From assembly GCA_003279455.1 (NCBI GenBank), contig QCHU01000003.1:12367-76366 (forward strand): 64,000 nucleotides of DNA, written 5' to 3'. Shown piece after piece: positions 49,401-60,834 of this stretch; position 1 is the first letter of the stretch; each line of letters begins with the position of its first letter. A model generated the notes under the pieces. The model worked only from the letters and a program-made list of their open reading frames with translations, did not search any database and was not told the DNA's origin. A program made the translations under genes and the position numbers. Source of the stretch: Prochlorococcus sp. AG-402-G19. Its GTDB lineage: Bacteria > Cyanobacteriota > Cyanobacteriia > PCC-6307 > Cyanobiaceae.

Positions 49401-50786
49401 TCATGCTGATGCTTTACTATATTTTGACTGCAAAGATATTGCGACTGCGCATAAAGATAATGAAATTAATCCACAAAATTCTGTCCACTCCCTGAGCCCA
49501 AAATTACTAATAAACAAAGGTGCAATTACAGTAATCAGGCCTCCAGAAAGAAGTGGTTGAAGAAATAATTGCTTAATAGAAAATACAGGTAAAGTATTAG
49601 TAGAATTTCTTGGATCAGCCAATCTCAAAAGCAATAGTCCGCTAGCTGCAACCCCCGTTGAATTTCCAAACTCTGCTATTGCTCTTTCAAACCATTCTTC
49701 TTTAAAAAATAATTTAGAAAAAATCAACATCCCTGCAAGATTCCAAATTAATCCCCCAATGGCTAAAATAGTTATTGGTAACCAGTAATTAACCAATAAA
49801 GGTAAGTTCAATCCCGCCATTGCAGTAATTATAAGCAAATCTGTTGAGAGTATCCCAATCTCACGTTGAAAAAGTGATGAGACAAATTTTGTATTTCCAG
49901 TTTTTTCTAATGAAAGTCTTATAAGAAATGAACCAATTAAAGCCAATGGGAATACAGGAAAAGCTAATATCACTTGCTTACTGATATCTCCTAAGTATTG
50001 AGAAGAAAGTCTTAGACAATATAGTAAAAAAATACCAACCAATACTGCTAATCCTGCCAGAGCAAAGTTATACAAAAGCAACTTAAATTGTTCAATTGGT
50101 TTAAATTCTAAATCTATATCATTTAAATCATTTCTGATCTCTTCTTCAGCAGGTACTAGCCATCCAAAGAACCTACCTAGCACAACCAGACCGCTCCCTA
50201 ACAAAGTTGAAGATAGTAAACCCACAGTTGCCATAGCAAACCCTAGATCTAAACCCTCAGGGAAACCCAAATTCCTAAAACTATCTCCCATTATTGCTGC
50301 AGCTCCATGTCCTCCTTCAAAACCAACTTCTATAATGCATCCCATCAGTGGATCTACCCCTAAATAAGGAAGCAAAAATGACAACACAATTATCCCGCCA
50401 ACAACATATTGACCAAAACCCAGAACAAGCCCCAATAATGCCTGAGAAGCAACTGGTTTCCATAAAAGACTCATTCTCGGAATAGGTCTCCCTAACATTA
50501 AAGTCGCAAAAACTAAGGTGAGCAAAGGAGTTGGTAATTGCATCCAAGTATTCAGAACCCTTTCAGGTAATAATGACAAAGGTCCATAAGGACCAATTAA
50601 AAAGCCTAAGGCCCCAACTAACAGCGCTATTGGTATACCAAATCTTTCTAACTTCATCGCAGAATCTAATCTTCTACCAAGGGTTAAGAGAATTCCTATG
50701 ATTCCAAGCAAACCCAAAGAAAGTACTAATGTTGGGATTGCATTAATTTTATATAGGTCTTCAAAACCAAAGATCAACTGACTCAT
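49401..50786 (-). CDS. gltS: sodium/glutamate symporter
   Basis: IEVGFEGGHGAA, ATVGL, FG..TG...GLLLLR.ADP; many TMs. Confidence 0.85.
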   Translation of the reverse strand: MSQLIFGFEDLYKINAIPTLVLSLGLLGIIGILLTLGRRLDSAMKLERFGIPIALLVGALGFLIGPYGPLSLLPERVLNTWMQLPTPLLTLVFATLMLGRPIPRMSLLWKPVASQALLGLVLGFGQYVVGGIIVLSFLLPYLGVDPLMGCIIEVGFEGGHGAAAIMGDSFRNLGFPEGLDLGFAMATVGLLSSTLLGSGLVVLGRFFGWLVPAEEEIRNDLNDIDLEFKPIEQFKLLLYNFALAGLAVLVGIFLLYCLRLSSQYLGDISKQVILAFPVFPLALIGSFLIRLSLEKTGNTKFVSSLFQREIGILSTDLLIITAMAGLNLPLLVNYWLPITILAIGGLIWNLAGMLIFSKLFFKEEWFERAIAEFGNSTGVAASGLLLLRLADPRNSTNTLPVFSIKQLFLQPLLSGGLITVIAPLFISNFGLREWTEFCGLISLSLCAVAISLQSKYSKASA

Positions 50787-51163
50787 CTATTAATTCACTT
50801 ACGAAATAAATTAAACCTAAAAAATAATATCCCATATGAATATTTAATATCCAAATCAAATTTTGTTCTTATTATATCTCAACCAACTCATTTACTTTCC
50901 TCTAATTCTCAGTAAATATATGGTTAAGCAAGATTAGCTCAAAATTAAATAAATCTATTAAAGATCGAGAATAAAATCCAGACATACTAAATTATAAAAA
51001 AAATATTTGCATTTGAAATTAAATCAGCCAAACCACTTATTAATATTAAATCTAACTTATTGTTCTTCTTTATCTAGAAATTAAAACTCTCTAAGAGTAA
51101 ATTTAAATAACTCATTCATCTTACTTAATCCATCACTTAAATATCAAGCAATAAAAAAAGACT

Positions 51164-51207
51164 ACTCAATAAAAAGCCCCACTTAAAGTGGGGCTTTTTT
51201 ATTGAGT
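51164..51207 (-). terminator. intrinsic terminator of pcb (symmetrical, possibly bidirectional)
   Basis: ACTCAATAAAAAGCCCCACT-taa-AGTGGGGCTTTTTTATTGAGT about 15 nt past the pcb stop. Confidence 0.9.
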
Positions 51208-51221
51208 TAATTTTTATTTAA

Positions 51222-52274
51222 CTACTTTAATGATACAGAAGCAGTATCAAGATTACTCAAAGCACCTGTTACTCGTTTGAAATCGAATCCCATTGCCCTT
51301 AGAGCATGCCAAAGATGACCTTGGATAAAGAAGAACCCAAAGTAATAATGAACATTAGAAAGCCAAGCACGTGATGTATGTGCTCCGTTAGGGAGATCAA
51401 CAGTATCTACCCAATAAGGAGAAATCCCAAACTTAAGGGCCAATGGTTCACCAAACCATTCAACAGGATAAACAGTAGTGTTTTGCGCGCACCAGAATGC
51501 TGCAACAACTGCCATCCAGCCAATACCAGCTAGAGACCAAGAGAGAATAGCTTCTGCGGAAAGAAGACCAGCTCCTTTGAACTTCGTATATTCTCCAACT
51601 TGCTTAGTAGCAATATGGAATGCACCACCAGTAATTTCCAAGAAAGCCAAGAAAGCATGACCTCCCATAACATCTTCCAAACTATCAATTGTAAGGAAGT
51701 CAAACTGGTGATCCCAAATATGACTCAAATTAAGGTCATATTCAACCTGACGAATAGCACCAACAGCAGGATCATAAATTCCGTGAATTCTTGCCCATTC
51801 AACGAACCAAATACAAGCAACCCCAAAGAAAATCAAATGATGTCCAAGGATGAAAGTCTGGTTGTCAGGGTTATCCCATTCAAGTTTAAATTTCCTGGCT
51901 TGAACTACTGATGAGTCCTGCATATCGCTAGAGAAAAGCAATGAATGCATTAATCCACCCGCGCCATAAACCATGGACAAAACTAAGTGTACGACTGCAA
52001 TTGAAACGACTGCAGTACCACCCACAAAAGTACCTGTCTCATCAAAACCTAAACCTAGAGCTGCTAAATGAGGAAGCGCAATTAAAGGCTGATGACCCAT
52101 TGGTATAGAAGGGTCAAAACGAGCCAATTCAAATAACGTGAAGGCACCAGCCCAGAAAGCAATCAAGCCGGTATGAGCGGCATGTGCAGCAATAAATTTG
52201 CCTGAGCGGTTGGTGACCCCTGAGTTGCCAGCCCACCACCCGTAGGTGACACCTGGATTTCCATAGGTCTGCAT
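51222..52274 (-). CDS. pcb: chlorophyll a/b-binding antenna protein Pcb (CP43/IsiA family)
   Basis: MQTYGNP..YGWWAGN, FIAAHAAH, FTLFELARF, ILGHHL, GHLWHALRA; paralog letter not assignable. Confidence 0.96.
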   Translation of the reverse strand: MQTYGNPGVTYGWWAGNSGVTNRSGKFIAAHAAHTGLIAFWAGAFTLFELARFDPSIPMGHQPLIALPHLAALGLGFDETGTFVGGTAVVSIAVVHLVLSMVYGAGGLMHSLLFSSDMQDSSVVQARKFKLEWDNPDNQTFILGHHLIFFGVACIWFVEWARIHGIYDPAVGAIRQVEYDLNLSHIWDHQFDFLTIDSLEDVMGGHAFLAFLEITGGAFHIATKQVGEYTKFKGAGLLSAEAILSWSLAGIGWMAVVAAFWCAQNTTVYPVEWFGEPLALKFGISPYWVDTVDLPNGAHTSRAWLSNVHYYFGFFFIQGHLWHALRAMGFDFKRVTGALSNLDTASVSLK

Positions 52275-52651
52275 TAGAAGTGCAATTTTTTCAAAACCGA
52301 TCGGAGATTACTGCAAATTCACGAAATAAACATGCAAGAGAAAGAATCTGTAAATTTTTTTTATTATTTAAACCCGACAGAACTAAAAAAATTATCAGAA
52401 AAATAATTTTTGAAATAGGAAAAACAGAACTCAGAGTATTAATTACATATCAAACCATGCATTCCCACAAACTAAGAATCTTTTAATTAAAGAATTAATT
52501 GATACATAAAATTTTTTTTATATCAGGCATTCGAAACCAATCAAAGGGAAAAATCAATACAATCGCACTCAAATATGTAATTAATATAAAAGATCAATTT
52601 GCTGTCTTTATTTACATCTATTAAATAATTAAATGCATTTATGTACCTTCC

Positions 52652-52816
52652 ATGGCATTGAAACGATTTAATGGCCTAGAAATGGAGACAGAGGATCATT
52701 ATAGAAAAAAAGCGAACTCCTATAGGACCTCGCCTCAATACGGAAAAATGATTTCTCTTTATCCAGTTCTTGAGTCGACCATCAAAGAATGCAAAGGAGA
52801 AAGTCTAGTAGCCTAA
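52652..52816 (+). CDS. possible 54-aa protein (below the ORF-track cutoff)
   Basis: MALKRFNGLEMETEDHYRKKANSYRTSPQYGKMISLYPVLESTIKECKGESLVA*; richer in GC than its flanks. Confidence 0.4.
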   Translation: MALKRFNGLEMETEDHYRKKANSYRTSPQYGKMISLYPVLESTIKECKGESLVA

Positions 52817-52837
52817 AACACAATATTTTTATAAAAT

Positions 52838-53104
52838 CTACTTATTCAAATCTTTTATTGCTTCAGCGGCTATTTGATCAAACGAAGTATGATTGTCTTT
52901 CCATTTTTCAACAACTTCTTTACATAGACTTATACGATAAAAAGCTTTTGGTTTCCATGGTAATTGGCCTGGATCAGTAGAACTTCTCCAATGAAAGCCA
53001 GGTTTCAAATATCCTTCTTCTCTCAACACCTCTAACGTTTGCTCATTAACTTTAAAAAAAGCACTAGCTTCTTTTTTTGATAACCACATAGAAGGCTCTA
53101 TCAT
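52838..53104 (-). CDS. excisionase/MerR-like HTH DNA-binding protein
   Basis: WLSKKEASAFFKVNEQTLEVLREEGYLKPGFHWR pattern. Confidence 0.65.
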   Translation of the reverse strand: MIEPSMWLSKKEASAFFKVNEQTLEVLREEGYLKPGFHWRSSTDPGQLPWKPKAFYRISLCKEVVEKWKDNHTSFDQIAAEAIKDLNK

Positions 53105-53155
53105 CTTTGATAAATCTTTCTCTTTTTTTAACGTAAATATCTAAAGAAAGAAACA

Positions 53156-53491
53156 TTATGTATCGCGAAACCAAGGTCTAATGAAATCTTTGGTTATGGG
53201 TATTGTTAAGCCAGAATCAATAGATAGATGAGTAAAAGTATCAGTTATTTTTTCAATACTATTAATATCTTCAAAATTCTTTGAACAATTACTTTGATTC
53301 CATCCACATTCCCAATAAGACGCATCAATTAATTGAGACCAAGAAACCTTTACAATCACACTCGATTCAAGAACAGAAATTAAGATAACCCACCTATCTT
53401 TGAGTGAGCCTCCATAACCTATGGCGACAAAATGTGTCTGTCCTTCAATTGAAAATTTACTAGTCCATGCTTTTAAAGGAGGCCAAACCAT
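53156..53491 (-). CDS. TIGR02450-family Trp-rich protein
   Basis: WPPLKAWTS...HFVAI.YGG...VSWSQL.D...W..GW. Confidence 0.75.
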   Translation of the reverse strand: MVWPPLKAWTSKFSIEGQTHFVAIGYGGSLKDRWVILISVLESSVIVKVSWSQLIDASYWECGWNQSNCSKNFEDINSIEKITDTFTHLSIDSGLTIPITKDFIRPWFRDT

Positions 53492-53551
53492 AAAAAATAT
53501 ACTTTCATAGCAATTTTAAAGTATCAATCTTCTAAATTAAATAAGTCAAAA

Positions 53552-53761
53552 TTATTTTTTATTATTCTTTAATTTGATATATTCTTTTCTAATAGATTTC
53601 AATAATTCTTTTTTCTTTTTCATTGATTCATCCTTTTCCTTAGAATCTATTTCCAGCCTTTCTTCTTTAGATAGATCCATCCAGCCATATATATTAGAAC
53701 TAGATTTAATTTCTTTCTTATTTTTTATTCTGTTTCTTTTGAAAATAAATTTAAGGATCAT
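53552..53761 (-). CDS. small basic hypothetical protein
   Basis: 69-aa Lys-rich ORF with YGWMDLSKEER segment. Confidence 0.5.
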   Translation of the reverse strand: MILKFIFKRNRIKNKKEIKSSSNIYGWMDLSKEERLEIDSKEKDESMKKKKELLKSIRKEYIKLKNNKK

Positions 53762-53845
53762 TTCTTTTGTAAAAAAAAATTAATTCAAAACAAACTATAT
53801 TTTTGATTTAAGAATAAATAAAAAATATAGTTTGTACAGGATATT

Positions 53846-55249
53846 TTAGCTTCCTTCACCCAACTTCCAGAGATTTATGCCTGTATTCTCGATTTCTTGT
53901 CGATTGACAACAGATCTAGTATCAAAAATCCAAGCTGGCGATCTCATTAAAGAAGCTAAAGAATTCCAATCAAGTCCAAAGAATTCATCCCATGCAGTAA
54001 GAATTAAAACTGCATCAACATTTTTCAATGCTTCTGGAATGGAATTGGCCATATTCCAAGTCCCTTGATTATTTAACGAAAATTTTGCTAAATCTTCCTC
54101 TATTCTCTCAAATGAAACCTTAGGGTCATAAATTGATAAAAAAGCTCCTTCTTCAAGTAGGTCACTGGAAATGCTTATTGCAGGAGACTCTCGAGTATCG
54201 TTTGTATTTGCTTTAAAAGAAAAACCGAGTATTGCTATATTTTTGCCATTAACTGTACCGAAAAGCTTCTCAATGACAATTTTATAAATCCTATCTTGCT
54301 GCCAAGTATTAAGTTCCACAACTTGACTCCAGTATTTCGCAACCTCTGGCAACCCAAAATATCCACTTAAATAAACTAAATTCAAAATGTCCTTTTTAAA
54401 GCAGCTTCCTCCAAAGCCTGGTCCAGCACTAAGAAATTGATCACCTATCCTTTTATCTGTCCCTATTGCTTTTGCAACCTCCTTAACATCAGCCCCAGTA
54501 GCTTCACAAAAGGCGGAAATAGAATTTATGGAACTAATTCTTTGAGCAAGAAATGCATTAGCAGCTAATTTTGAAAGCTCACTGCTCCATAAATTCGTAC
54601 AGATAATCTGTTCACTAGGAACCCAATTCAAATAAATATTAACTAGCGCATCCACAGCCTCAGGATCTTCTCCTCCAATTAAAACTCTATCGGGATTTAC
54701 CAAGTCATTAATAGCAGTTCCTTCTGCCAAGAATTCAGGATTCGATAAGACAGAGAAAGTTTTTGATATTTCATTTTTTTTATTTTCTCTATTTGTTGTC
54801 TTAAGTATCTCTTTTATTGCTTGTGCGGTACGAACTGGAAGAGTACTTTTTTCTATTACTATTGTGTGACCTGTTGAATATTTAGCTACTTGCCTTGCAC
54901 TAGCTTCTACCCAACTAAGATCACTTGCTTTTCCGGCCCCAAGACCTTTTGTTTTTGTTGGAGTGTTAACTGATATAAAAACCATATCAGCCTCAGATAT
55001 TGCCTTTTCCATTTCCAAACTAAAGAAAAGGTTTCGTCCTCTTGTTCGTGAAATTATTCGATCTAATCCAGGTTCAAATATTGGCAATTTATTGAGATCT
55101 GAATCATTCCATGCATCAATCCGTTCTTTATTGATATCAACGACGCTAACTTCTATATCGGTACATTTATCTGCAATAACAGACATAGTTGGCCCCCCAA
55201 CGTAACCAGCGCCGATACAACATATTTTTTGAATTTTAATAGAGCTCAT
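53846..55249 (-). CDS. ugd: UDP-glucose 6-dehydrogenase
   Basis: IGAGYVGG, ISVNTPT, EKSTLP, SNPEFLAEG, GFGGSCFKKD, FKANTNDTRES. Confidence 0.96.
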   Translation of the reverse strand: MSSIKIQKICCIGAGYVGGPTMSVIADKCTDIEVSVVDINKERIDAWNDSDLNKLPIFEPGLDRIISRTRGRNLFFSLEMEKAISEADMVFISVNTPTKTKGLGAGKASDLSWVEASARQVAKYSTGHTIVIEKSTLPVRTAQAIKEILKTTNRENKKNEISKTFSVLSNPEFLAEGTAINDLVNPDRVLIGGEDPEAVDALVNIYLNWVPSEQIICTNLWSSELSKLAANAFLAQRISSINSISAFCEATGADVKEVAKAIGTDKRIGDQFLSAGPGFGGSCFKKDILNLVYLSGYFGLPEVAKYWSQVVELNTWQQDRIYKIVIEKLFGTVNGKNIAILGFSFKANTNDTRESPAISISSDLLEEGAFLSIYDPKVSFERIEEDLAKFSLNNQGTWNMANSIPEALKNVDAVLILTAWDEFFGLDWNSLASLMRSPAWIFDTRSVVNRQEIENTGINLWKLGEGS

Positions 55250-55270
55250 TTAAAACTATCCATCATTTTA

Positions 55271-56542
55271 TTAATCAATCAATTTTTTAATTAGCTGATC
55301 TAAATCCTCCTTTAAAAAAGTATATTCATTACTCTCGACATCCTTTGGTTTATGCCTTAATTTTTTTATCAATAATTGACCTTTTGATGCTTCATCCTCA
55401 CCTATAATTAATGCCCACCTTGCCCTGCTCTTATCTGCTCGCTTAAATTGTTTAGAGAAAGATGAACCTGAGTAGTCCAATTCAATTTTCAAGTTGAATG
55501 ATCTTAACTGACAAGTAATTTCCAAAGCAAGTTGTTCAGCTTTGTCACCTCTATGAATAACATAAACATCTGGAGATTTAGATTGTAAAATTTTTTCTCC
55601 AGCAAGAATAATCAACCTTTCCATTCCAATAGCCCATCCAATTGATGGAGCTCGCGGACCTCCTAATTCGCTTATCAACCCATCATAACGACCTCCACCA
55701 CAGACAGTAGCTTGGGAACCCAAGTGTTCGCTTGTGATTTCAAAAGCTGTATGAGAATAATAATCAAGTCCCCTTACTAAATTATTGTTAATTTTATGTG
55801 GGATCTTTAGTTTATCGAGTAGATCCAATAAATAATCAAATCTAATTTTACTCTTATTCGATAAAAAGTCCTTTAAAGAAGGGGCCTCAAATAAAAGTTC
55901 CTTTGTAGATTTATTTTTAGTATCTAATATCCTCAGGGGATTAACATTTATTCTTTTCCGGGAATCTTCATCCAATAAATCAAATCTTTGATTAAGCCAG
56001 TTCTTTAACTCTTCTTTGAAAACATTTCGGTCTTCATTGCTTCCAAGACTATTAATTTCTAAAGTTAAATCAACTAGACCAACGTCCTTTAAAAAGTCCC
56101 AAGCAATTGAAATAACCTCAGCGTCACTCATAACAGAGGGCAATCCAACAAATTCAACTCCAATCTGATGGAACTGCCTTTGTCTTCCTGCTTGAGGTCG
56201 CTCGTATCGAAACATTGGACCTCTATACCAAAGCCTTTGAGGCCCATTATTTAATAATCCATGTTGAACAATTGACCTTGCAACAGAAGCTGTTCCTTCA
56301 GGCCTCAAAGTGCAAGAACGACCACCTCTATCGTCGAAGCTATACATTTCTTTTCCCACAACATCAGTATTTTCTCCAATTCCCCTTGAAAACAATTCTG
56401 TTTGCTCAATGATCGGTGTTCTAATTTCATTAAGCCCAGCTCGACTAAAATGTTTTAGAGCAATTGATTCGACCTTCTGCCAGCCCTGACTATGAGCAGG
56501 TAAAAGATCTACCATTCCTCTTAAATTCTTGAAATTGGTCAA
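55271..56542 (-). CDS. hisS: histidine--tRNA ligase
   Basis: [48 protein letters not shown]. Confidence 0.97.
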   Translation of the reverse strand: MTNFKNLRGMVDLLPAHSQGWQKVESIALKHFSRAGLNEIRTPIIEQTELFSRGIGENTDVVGKEMYSFDDRGGRSCTLRPEGTASVARSIVQHGLLNNGPQRLWYRGPMFRYERPQAGRQRQFHQIGVEFVGLPSVMSDAEVISIAWDFLKDVGLVDLTLEINSLGSNEDRNVFKEELKNWLNQRFDLLDEDSRKRINVNPLRILDTKNKSTKELLFEAPSLKDFLSNKSKIRFDYLLDLLDKLKIPHKINNNLVRGLDYYSHTAFEITSEHLGSQATVCGGGRYDGLISELGGPRAPSIGWAIGMERLIILAGEKILQSKSPDVYVIHRGDKAEQLALEITCQLRSFNLKIELDYSGSSFSKQFKRADKSRARWALIIGEDEASKGQLLIKKLRHKPKDVESNEYTFLKEDLDQLIKKLID

Positions 56543-56669
56543 AGTAGCTTTAGCAAAATTATTTGTTGTTTGTTTAATAATAATTGTTTACGTAAACTAG
56601 AAAATAATAATTAATAAGTGATTTTGCTAAACCAAATTGGTAAGTCTAAATATAGGAAGGGCCTTGAGC

Positions 56670-56957
56670 CTAATCCTCAAGTCTGGTAGCGCCTGAATAT
56701 TTAACCAACCAATAGTTAACTCTTCTTCTCACATTATAAGGCATTTCATTTTGGAGTTGAATTAACTCAATAGCTCCAAGTCGTTTTAGTTCTCTTGACT
56801 CAAGACTCCACATTCTTTCCGCTTCACAAATCAAACGAGCCCAACTTCTTGAGTGCTGCCATTGTCTCAGTCGCTTTTTTAATTCGTTACCGTCAGTCTT
56901 ACTTTTAACAAGAGGACACTGACTAACTATATTTTTCTTAGTGAAATATTTTCTCAT
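56670..56957 (-). CDS. hypothetical protein
   Basis: 95-aa ORF (LRQWQHSRSWARLICEAE...VNYWLVKYS.ATRL). Confidence 0.6.
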   Translation of the reverse strand: MRKYFTKKNIVSQCPLVKSKTDGNELKKRLRQWQHSRSWARLICEAERMWSLESRELKRLGAIELIQLQNEMPYNVRRRVNYWLVKYSGATRLED

Positions 56958-57051
56958 AAATCAATCATGGAGAAAACTCTAAAGAACTCACATATCATTA
57001 CATTAAACATTTAGCAAAGATTTGAAATGAGTACTTTATGAAAAATCCGCT

Positions 57052-57897
57052 TCAATCATAAAAGTCAACCACCTCTACAGGGAATTCTAATTTTTCCATA
57101 TCCCTACGACTCATTTTTCTAGACCAGGCACCCTTAATTGCATCATTCCATCTAAAGCCAGCGTTTCTTGCTAAATGCCTTTTTTCATAGGAAATCTCAG
57201 CACGAAGCAAAACTTTTGGTTCTAGCGCTCTAATCAACAATTTTTCAAGTTCACCACATCTTTTGAAGACCTCTGCCAAATATATGCAATCTGTCAAAGC
57301 TCTGTGAGCGCTCCATACTGGTACACCATAAGCCAATGCGAGATCTCTTACAGAAGGGCGAGCCTTCAATTGTCTATCAGCTGGCCAAGTTATGTCATCC
57401 ATAGAGCAAATCCATTTTTTTTCAATTTGAGGCAATTTATTAAAACCAAACCATTTCATATCAAATTCTGCATTGTGAGCAACAACCACATCTGATATTC
57501 GAACCAAAGATTCAAAATATTTAATTGCTTCAGATACAGGTTGTGGCAATCTGGTGATTTCAGCCGGAATATTGTTTATTTTTTCTGCTTTATTGATTTC
57601 AACGGGTAAAAGGAAGGATTGCTGCGCTAACACAGATCTACTTTTGACATTAAAAAGGATCGAACCTACTTCAATACAATCATCCTTTTCATTGTCAAGA
57701 CCTGTAGTTTCGGTATCCAAAATCAAGATATTCTCAGGTGAACTCTCTTTCTTTAAGATTCCAAGCCCTTCATTGTGTAAGTTGGAAGAACTTTTTTCTG
57801 CTTGATACTTCTCTTTTTTATTGGCAATTTTTTTAGTTGTTCCATTTAGAAAGTCAAGCTGCTCACTCACTTTCTGATAATTTTGCTCTTCTTTCAC
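57052..57897 (-). CDS. DEDDh 3'-5' exonuclease (DnaQ/epsilon-like)
   Basis: ILDTETTGL, VAHNAEFD, HRALTDC; C-terminal ARNAGFRW. Confidence 0.9.
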   Translation of the reverse strand: MKEEQNYQKVSEQLDFLNGTTKKIANKKEKYQAEKSSSNLHNEGLGILKKESSPENILILDTETTGLDNEKDDCIEVGSILFNVKSRSVLAQQSFLLPVEINKAEKINNIPAEITRLPQPVSEAIKYFESLVRISDVVVAHNAEFDMKWFGFNKLPQIEKKWICSMDDITWPADRQLKARPSVRDLALAYGVPVWSAHRALTDCIYLAEVFKRCGELEKLLIRALEPKVLLRAEISYEKRHLARNAGFRWNDAIKGAWSRKMSRRDMEKLEFPVEVVDFYD

Positions 57898-58037
57898 ATT
57901 AAAATTAATTAGTCATGTTTCTATTATTATCAAAAAAATAGAGTTGAATAAAAACTTAGCAGAACATTAAAAGAAAAGATACTTATATTTAATTTATAAT
58001 CATTGTCTATATTTTTTTAAAGAGTGATTATTCACCG

Positions 58038-58763
58038 ATGAGCACTATTAGACGTATAAATAATGTTTCTTGTCAATGGCCATCTAGACCAGTTGGTCTT
58101 ATAGAAATAATTGGAGGTAGCTATATTTCAATAAAGCCAGAAGTTACATATAAAAGACTTATTTCTCGTCTTTTGAAAAAAAATTTTGCAGTACATTCAT
58201 GGAGCTATGTCCCTAACTTTGATCATCAACTTCAAGCGAATCAAGCCTGGAAACAATTCCGTAAATCTCAAAAAGTTCTTGAGAGAAGAGTGGGCTTAAT
58301 ACCAAAATCAATAAGGTTGGGTCATAGTCTTGGTTGCAAATTACATTTACTAGCACCTGATGGAGGTAGGAATTGTGATGGTTTAGTAGCTATAAGCTTT
58401 AATAATTTCAAGGCAGATAAATCAATCCCTATGCTTCGGGAATTATCACAAAGGATAAACTTCCAAACTGAATTTAGTCCAAGTCCTGCAGAAACATTAA
58501 ATCTTATTAGCCAACACTATGAGCAAAAAAATAACCTATTGATAAAATTCAATAATGATAACCTAGATCAAAATAATTTATTACTTAAATCACTAAAGGA
58601 TAGAAATTCTGATAAGTCTGAATTATTGCAACTTGACGGTAATCATTTAACCCCAGTGAGCGTTGGCCTTAGAGAAAAATTCCTCAATTCTAATTCGCAA
58701 AGATTTTCAAAATACGAAAAAATTGATTTTATAGTCGATCAAATAACAAATTGGGAACTTTAA
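58038..58763 (+). CDS. DUF1350 alpha/beta-hydrolase-like protein
   Basis: IGGSY, GHSLGCKLHLL, SFNN, GNHLTP. Confidence 0.85.
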   Translation: MSTIRRINNVSCQWPSRPVGLIEIIGGSYISIKPEVTYKRLISRLLKKNFAVHSWSYVPNFDHQLQANQAWKQFRKSQKVLERRVGLIPKSIRLGHSLGCKLHLLAPDGGRNCDGLVAISFNNFKADKSIPMLRELSQRINFQTEFSPSPAETLNLISQHYEQKNNLLIKFNNDNLDQNNLLLKSLKDRNSDKSELLQLDGNHLTPVSVGLREKFLNSNSQRFSKYEKIDFIVDQITNWEL

Positions 58764-58765
58764 TA

Positions 58766-60742
58766 TTAACTTCTTAATTTGTCTAAAACTGATCTATCTT
58801 CAAGAGTACTTGTATCTCCGCTTATTTCATCACCCGAAGCCAGTGCTCTCAAAATTCTGCGCATTATTTTTCCACTTCTTGTCTTAGGAAGAGAGTCAGT
58901 AAATTTAAGTTCATCAGGTTTGGCAATAGGTCCTATTTCATTAACAACGTGTTTTTTTAATTGTGCATCAATATTTTTATTTCCTTCTACTCCCGTTTTC
59001 AAAGTAACAAAGGCTACTATTGATTCCCCTTTTAATTTATCGGGTCTACCAACAACTGCAGCTTCTGAGACGAACTCATGACTAACCAGAGCTGATTCTA
59101 TTTCCATTGTTCCAAGCCTGTGACCAGAAACATTTATAACATCATCAACTCGACCCATAACCCAAAAATAACCTTCTTCATCTTTTCGAGCTCCATCTCC
59201 AGCAAAATATATGTAGCTATTATCTGAAGGTTTTAAATACTCCCAGTAACTCTCTCTGAATCTTTTTTCATCTCCATAAACATTTCTCATCATTCCAGGC
59301 CATGGTCTTTTAACTACCAAATAACCACCCTCATTATTAGCTACAGAATCGCCGTCTGAATTGACCACATCAGCTTCAATCCCTGGTAGAGGGAATGTTG
59401 CCGATCCAGGCTTGGTTGAAGTCGCTCCAGGGAGAGGACTAATCATCACTCCTCCAGTTTCTGTTTGCCACCATGTATCAACTATTGGGCATCTCCCTCC
59501 TCCAATTACATCTCGATACCAGATCCAAGCCTCAGGATTAATGGGCTCTCCAACAGTTCCTAAAAGTCTCAAACTAGATAAATCGTATTGATTGGGAATC
59601 TTTTCTCCCGCTTTCATAAAAGCCCTTATAGCGGTTGGAGCTGTATAAAATATAGATATTTTATGCTTTTGAATTACATCCCAAAAAGCCCCTGGATTTG
59701 ATGGTCTTGGAACTCCTTCATACATAACAGTAGTTGCCCCATTAGATAGTGGGCCGTAAACGATATAACTATGTCCAGTTATCCAACCCACATCAGCTGT
59801 GCACCAATAAACATCATTTTCACGAATATCAAAAATCCATTTAAAGGTTAAATGAGCCCAAAGGTTATACCCAGCAGTTGTATGAACCACTCCCTTCGGC
59901 TTACCTGTAGACCCTGAGGTATATAAAACAAATAAGCAATCCTCACTATCCATTTGTTCTGGTAAACATTCTTCAGATTGACTATTAACAATTTCATGCC
60001 ACCAATGATCTCGACCATCGTTCATAGCAATAAGTTTTTTAGTGCGTTGAACAACTATTACCGATTCGACCTTTGGACAGGCACCACCCTCCAATGCTGA
60101 GTCAACAGCATCTTTAAGAGGAATTACTTTATCTTTTCTAAAGCCACCATCAGCCGTAATTATTGCTTTCGCCTCTCCATTAATTAATCTGTCTCTTAGT
60201 GCCTCAGAGGAAAAGCCTCCAAATACCACTGAATGTGGAGCTCCAATTCTTGCACAAGCAAGCATTGCAATTGCGGCTTCAGGCACCATAGGCATATACA
60301 AAGCCACAAGATCTCCTTTACCAATACCTATAGATTTGAGTGCATTGGCGGCTTTGCAAACTTCTTTGTGTAGTTGTTTATAAGTATATTTTCTTTGATC
60401 ACCTGGCTCGCCTTCCCAAATCAATGCGACCTTGTCTGCTGTTGAAGTATTTAAATGGCGATCTAAACAATTAAAAGAAATATTTATCTTACCTCCCCCG
60501 AACCATTTAGCGAATGGTGGTTTAGACCAATCGAGTACATTATCAAAAGATTTAAACCAATTTAATTCTTCTCTAGCTGCATCACCCCAAAACTTATTTG
60601 GATCTGATTTAGCCATTTGCGACAATTTTAAGTACTGAGAAAAAGAAGATATTCTACTTTTGCTGGCAAAGTCTTCAGAAGGAGGGAAAACTCTCTGCTC
60701 GTGAAGAACAGACTCTATAGAGTTAGAATTGTCTGAATTCAT
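58766..60742 (-). CDS. acs: acetyl-CoA synthetase
   Basis: [47 protein letters not shown]; ATG at 60742 preferred over 60793. Confidence 0.97.
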   Translation of the reverse strand: MNSDNSNSIESVLHEQRVFPPSEDFASKSRISSFSQYLKLSQMAKSDPNKFWGDAAREELNWFKSFDNVLDWSKPPFAKWFGGGKINISFNCLDRHLNTSTADKVALIWEGEPGDQRKYTYKQLHKEVCKAANALKSIGIGKGDLVALYMPMVPEAAIAMLACARIGAPHSVVFGGFSSEALRDRLINGEAKAIITADGGFRKDKVIPLKDAVDSALEGGACPKVESVIVVQRTKKLIAMNDGRDHWWHEIVNSQSEECLPEQMDSEDCLFVLYTSGSTGKPKGVVHTTAGYNLWAHLTFKWIFDIRENDVYWCTADVGWITGHSYIVYGPLSNGATTVMYEGVPRPSNPGAFWDVIQKHKISIFYTAPTAIRAFMKAGEKIPNQYDLSSLRLLGTVGEPINPEAWIWYRDVIGGGRCPIVDTWWQTETGGVMISPLPGATSTKPGSATFPLPGIEADVVNSDGDSVANNEGGYLVVKRPWPGMMRNVYGDEKRFRESYWEYLKPSDNSYIYFAGDGARKDEEGYFWVMGRVDDVINVSGHRLGTMEIESALVSHEFVSEAAVVGRPDKLKGESIVAFVTLKTGVEGNKNIDAQLKKHVVNEIGPIAKPDELKFTDSLPKTRSGKIMRRILRALASGDEISGDTSTLEDRSVLDKLRS

Positions 60743-60834
60743 GAAAGATAAAAACAACTTTTCATTTATTGCATTCAAGCTATTTCTGAGCAAAAGGCTT
60801 GAATAGTGAACCTCTTATTTAAAACAAATTTACA

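Noticed and set aside
50856-50891. 11-aa uORF (MSWLRYNKNKI) with an SD-like AGAGGA upstream of gltS
   Set aside because: Too short, no Glu-rich leader signature or attenuator structure
56586-56597. 12-bp palindrome GTTTACGTAAAC upstream of hisS
   Set aside because: Single short palindrome expected by chance in 64 kb; matches no site I can name
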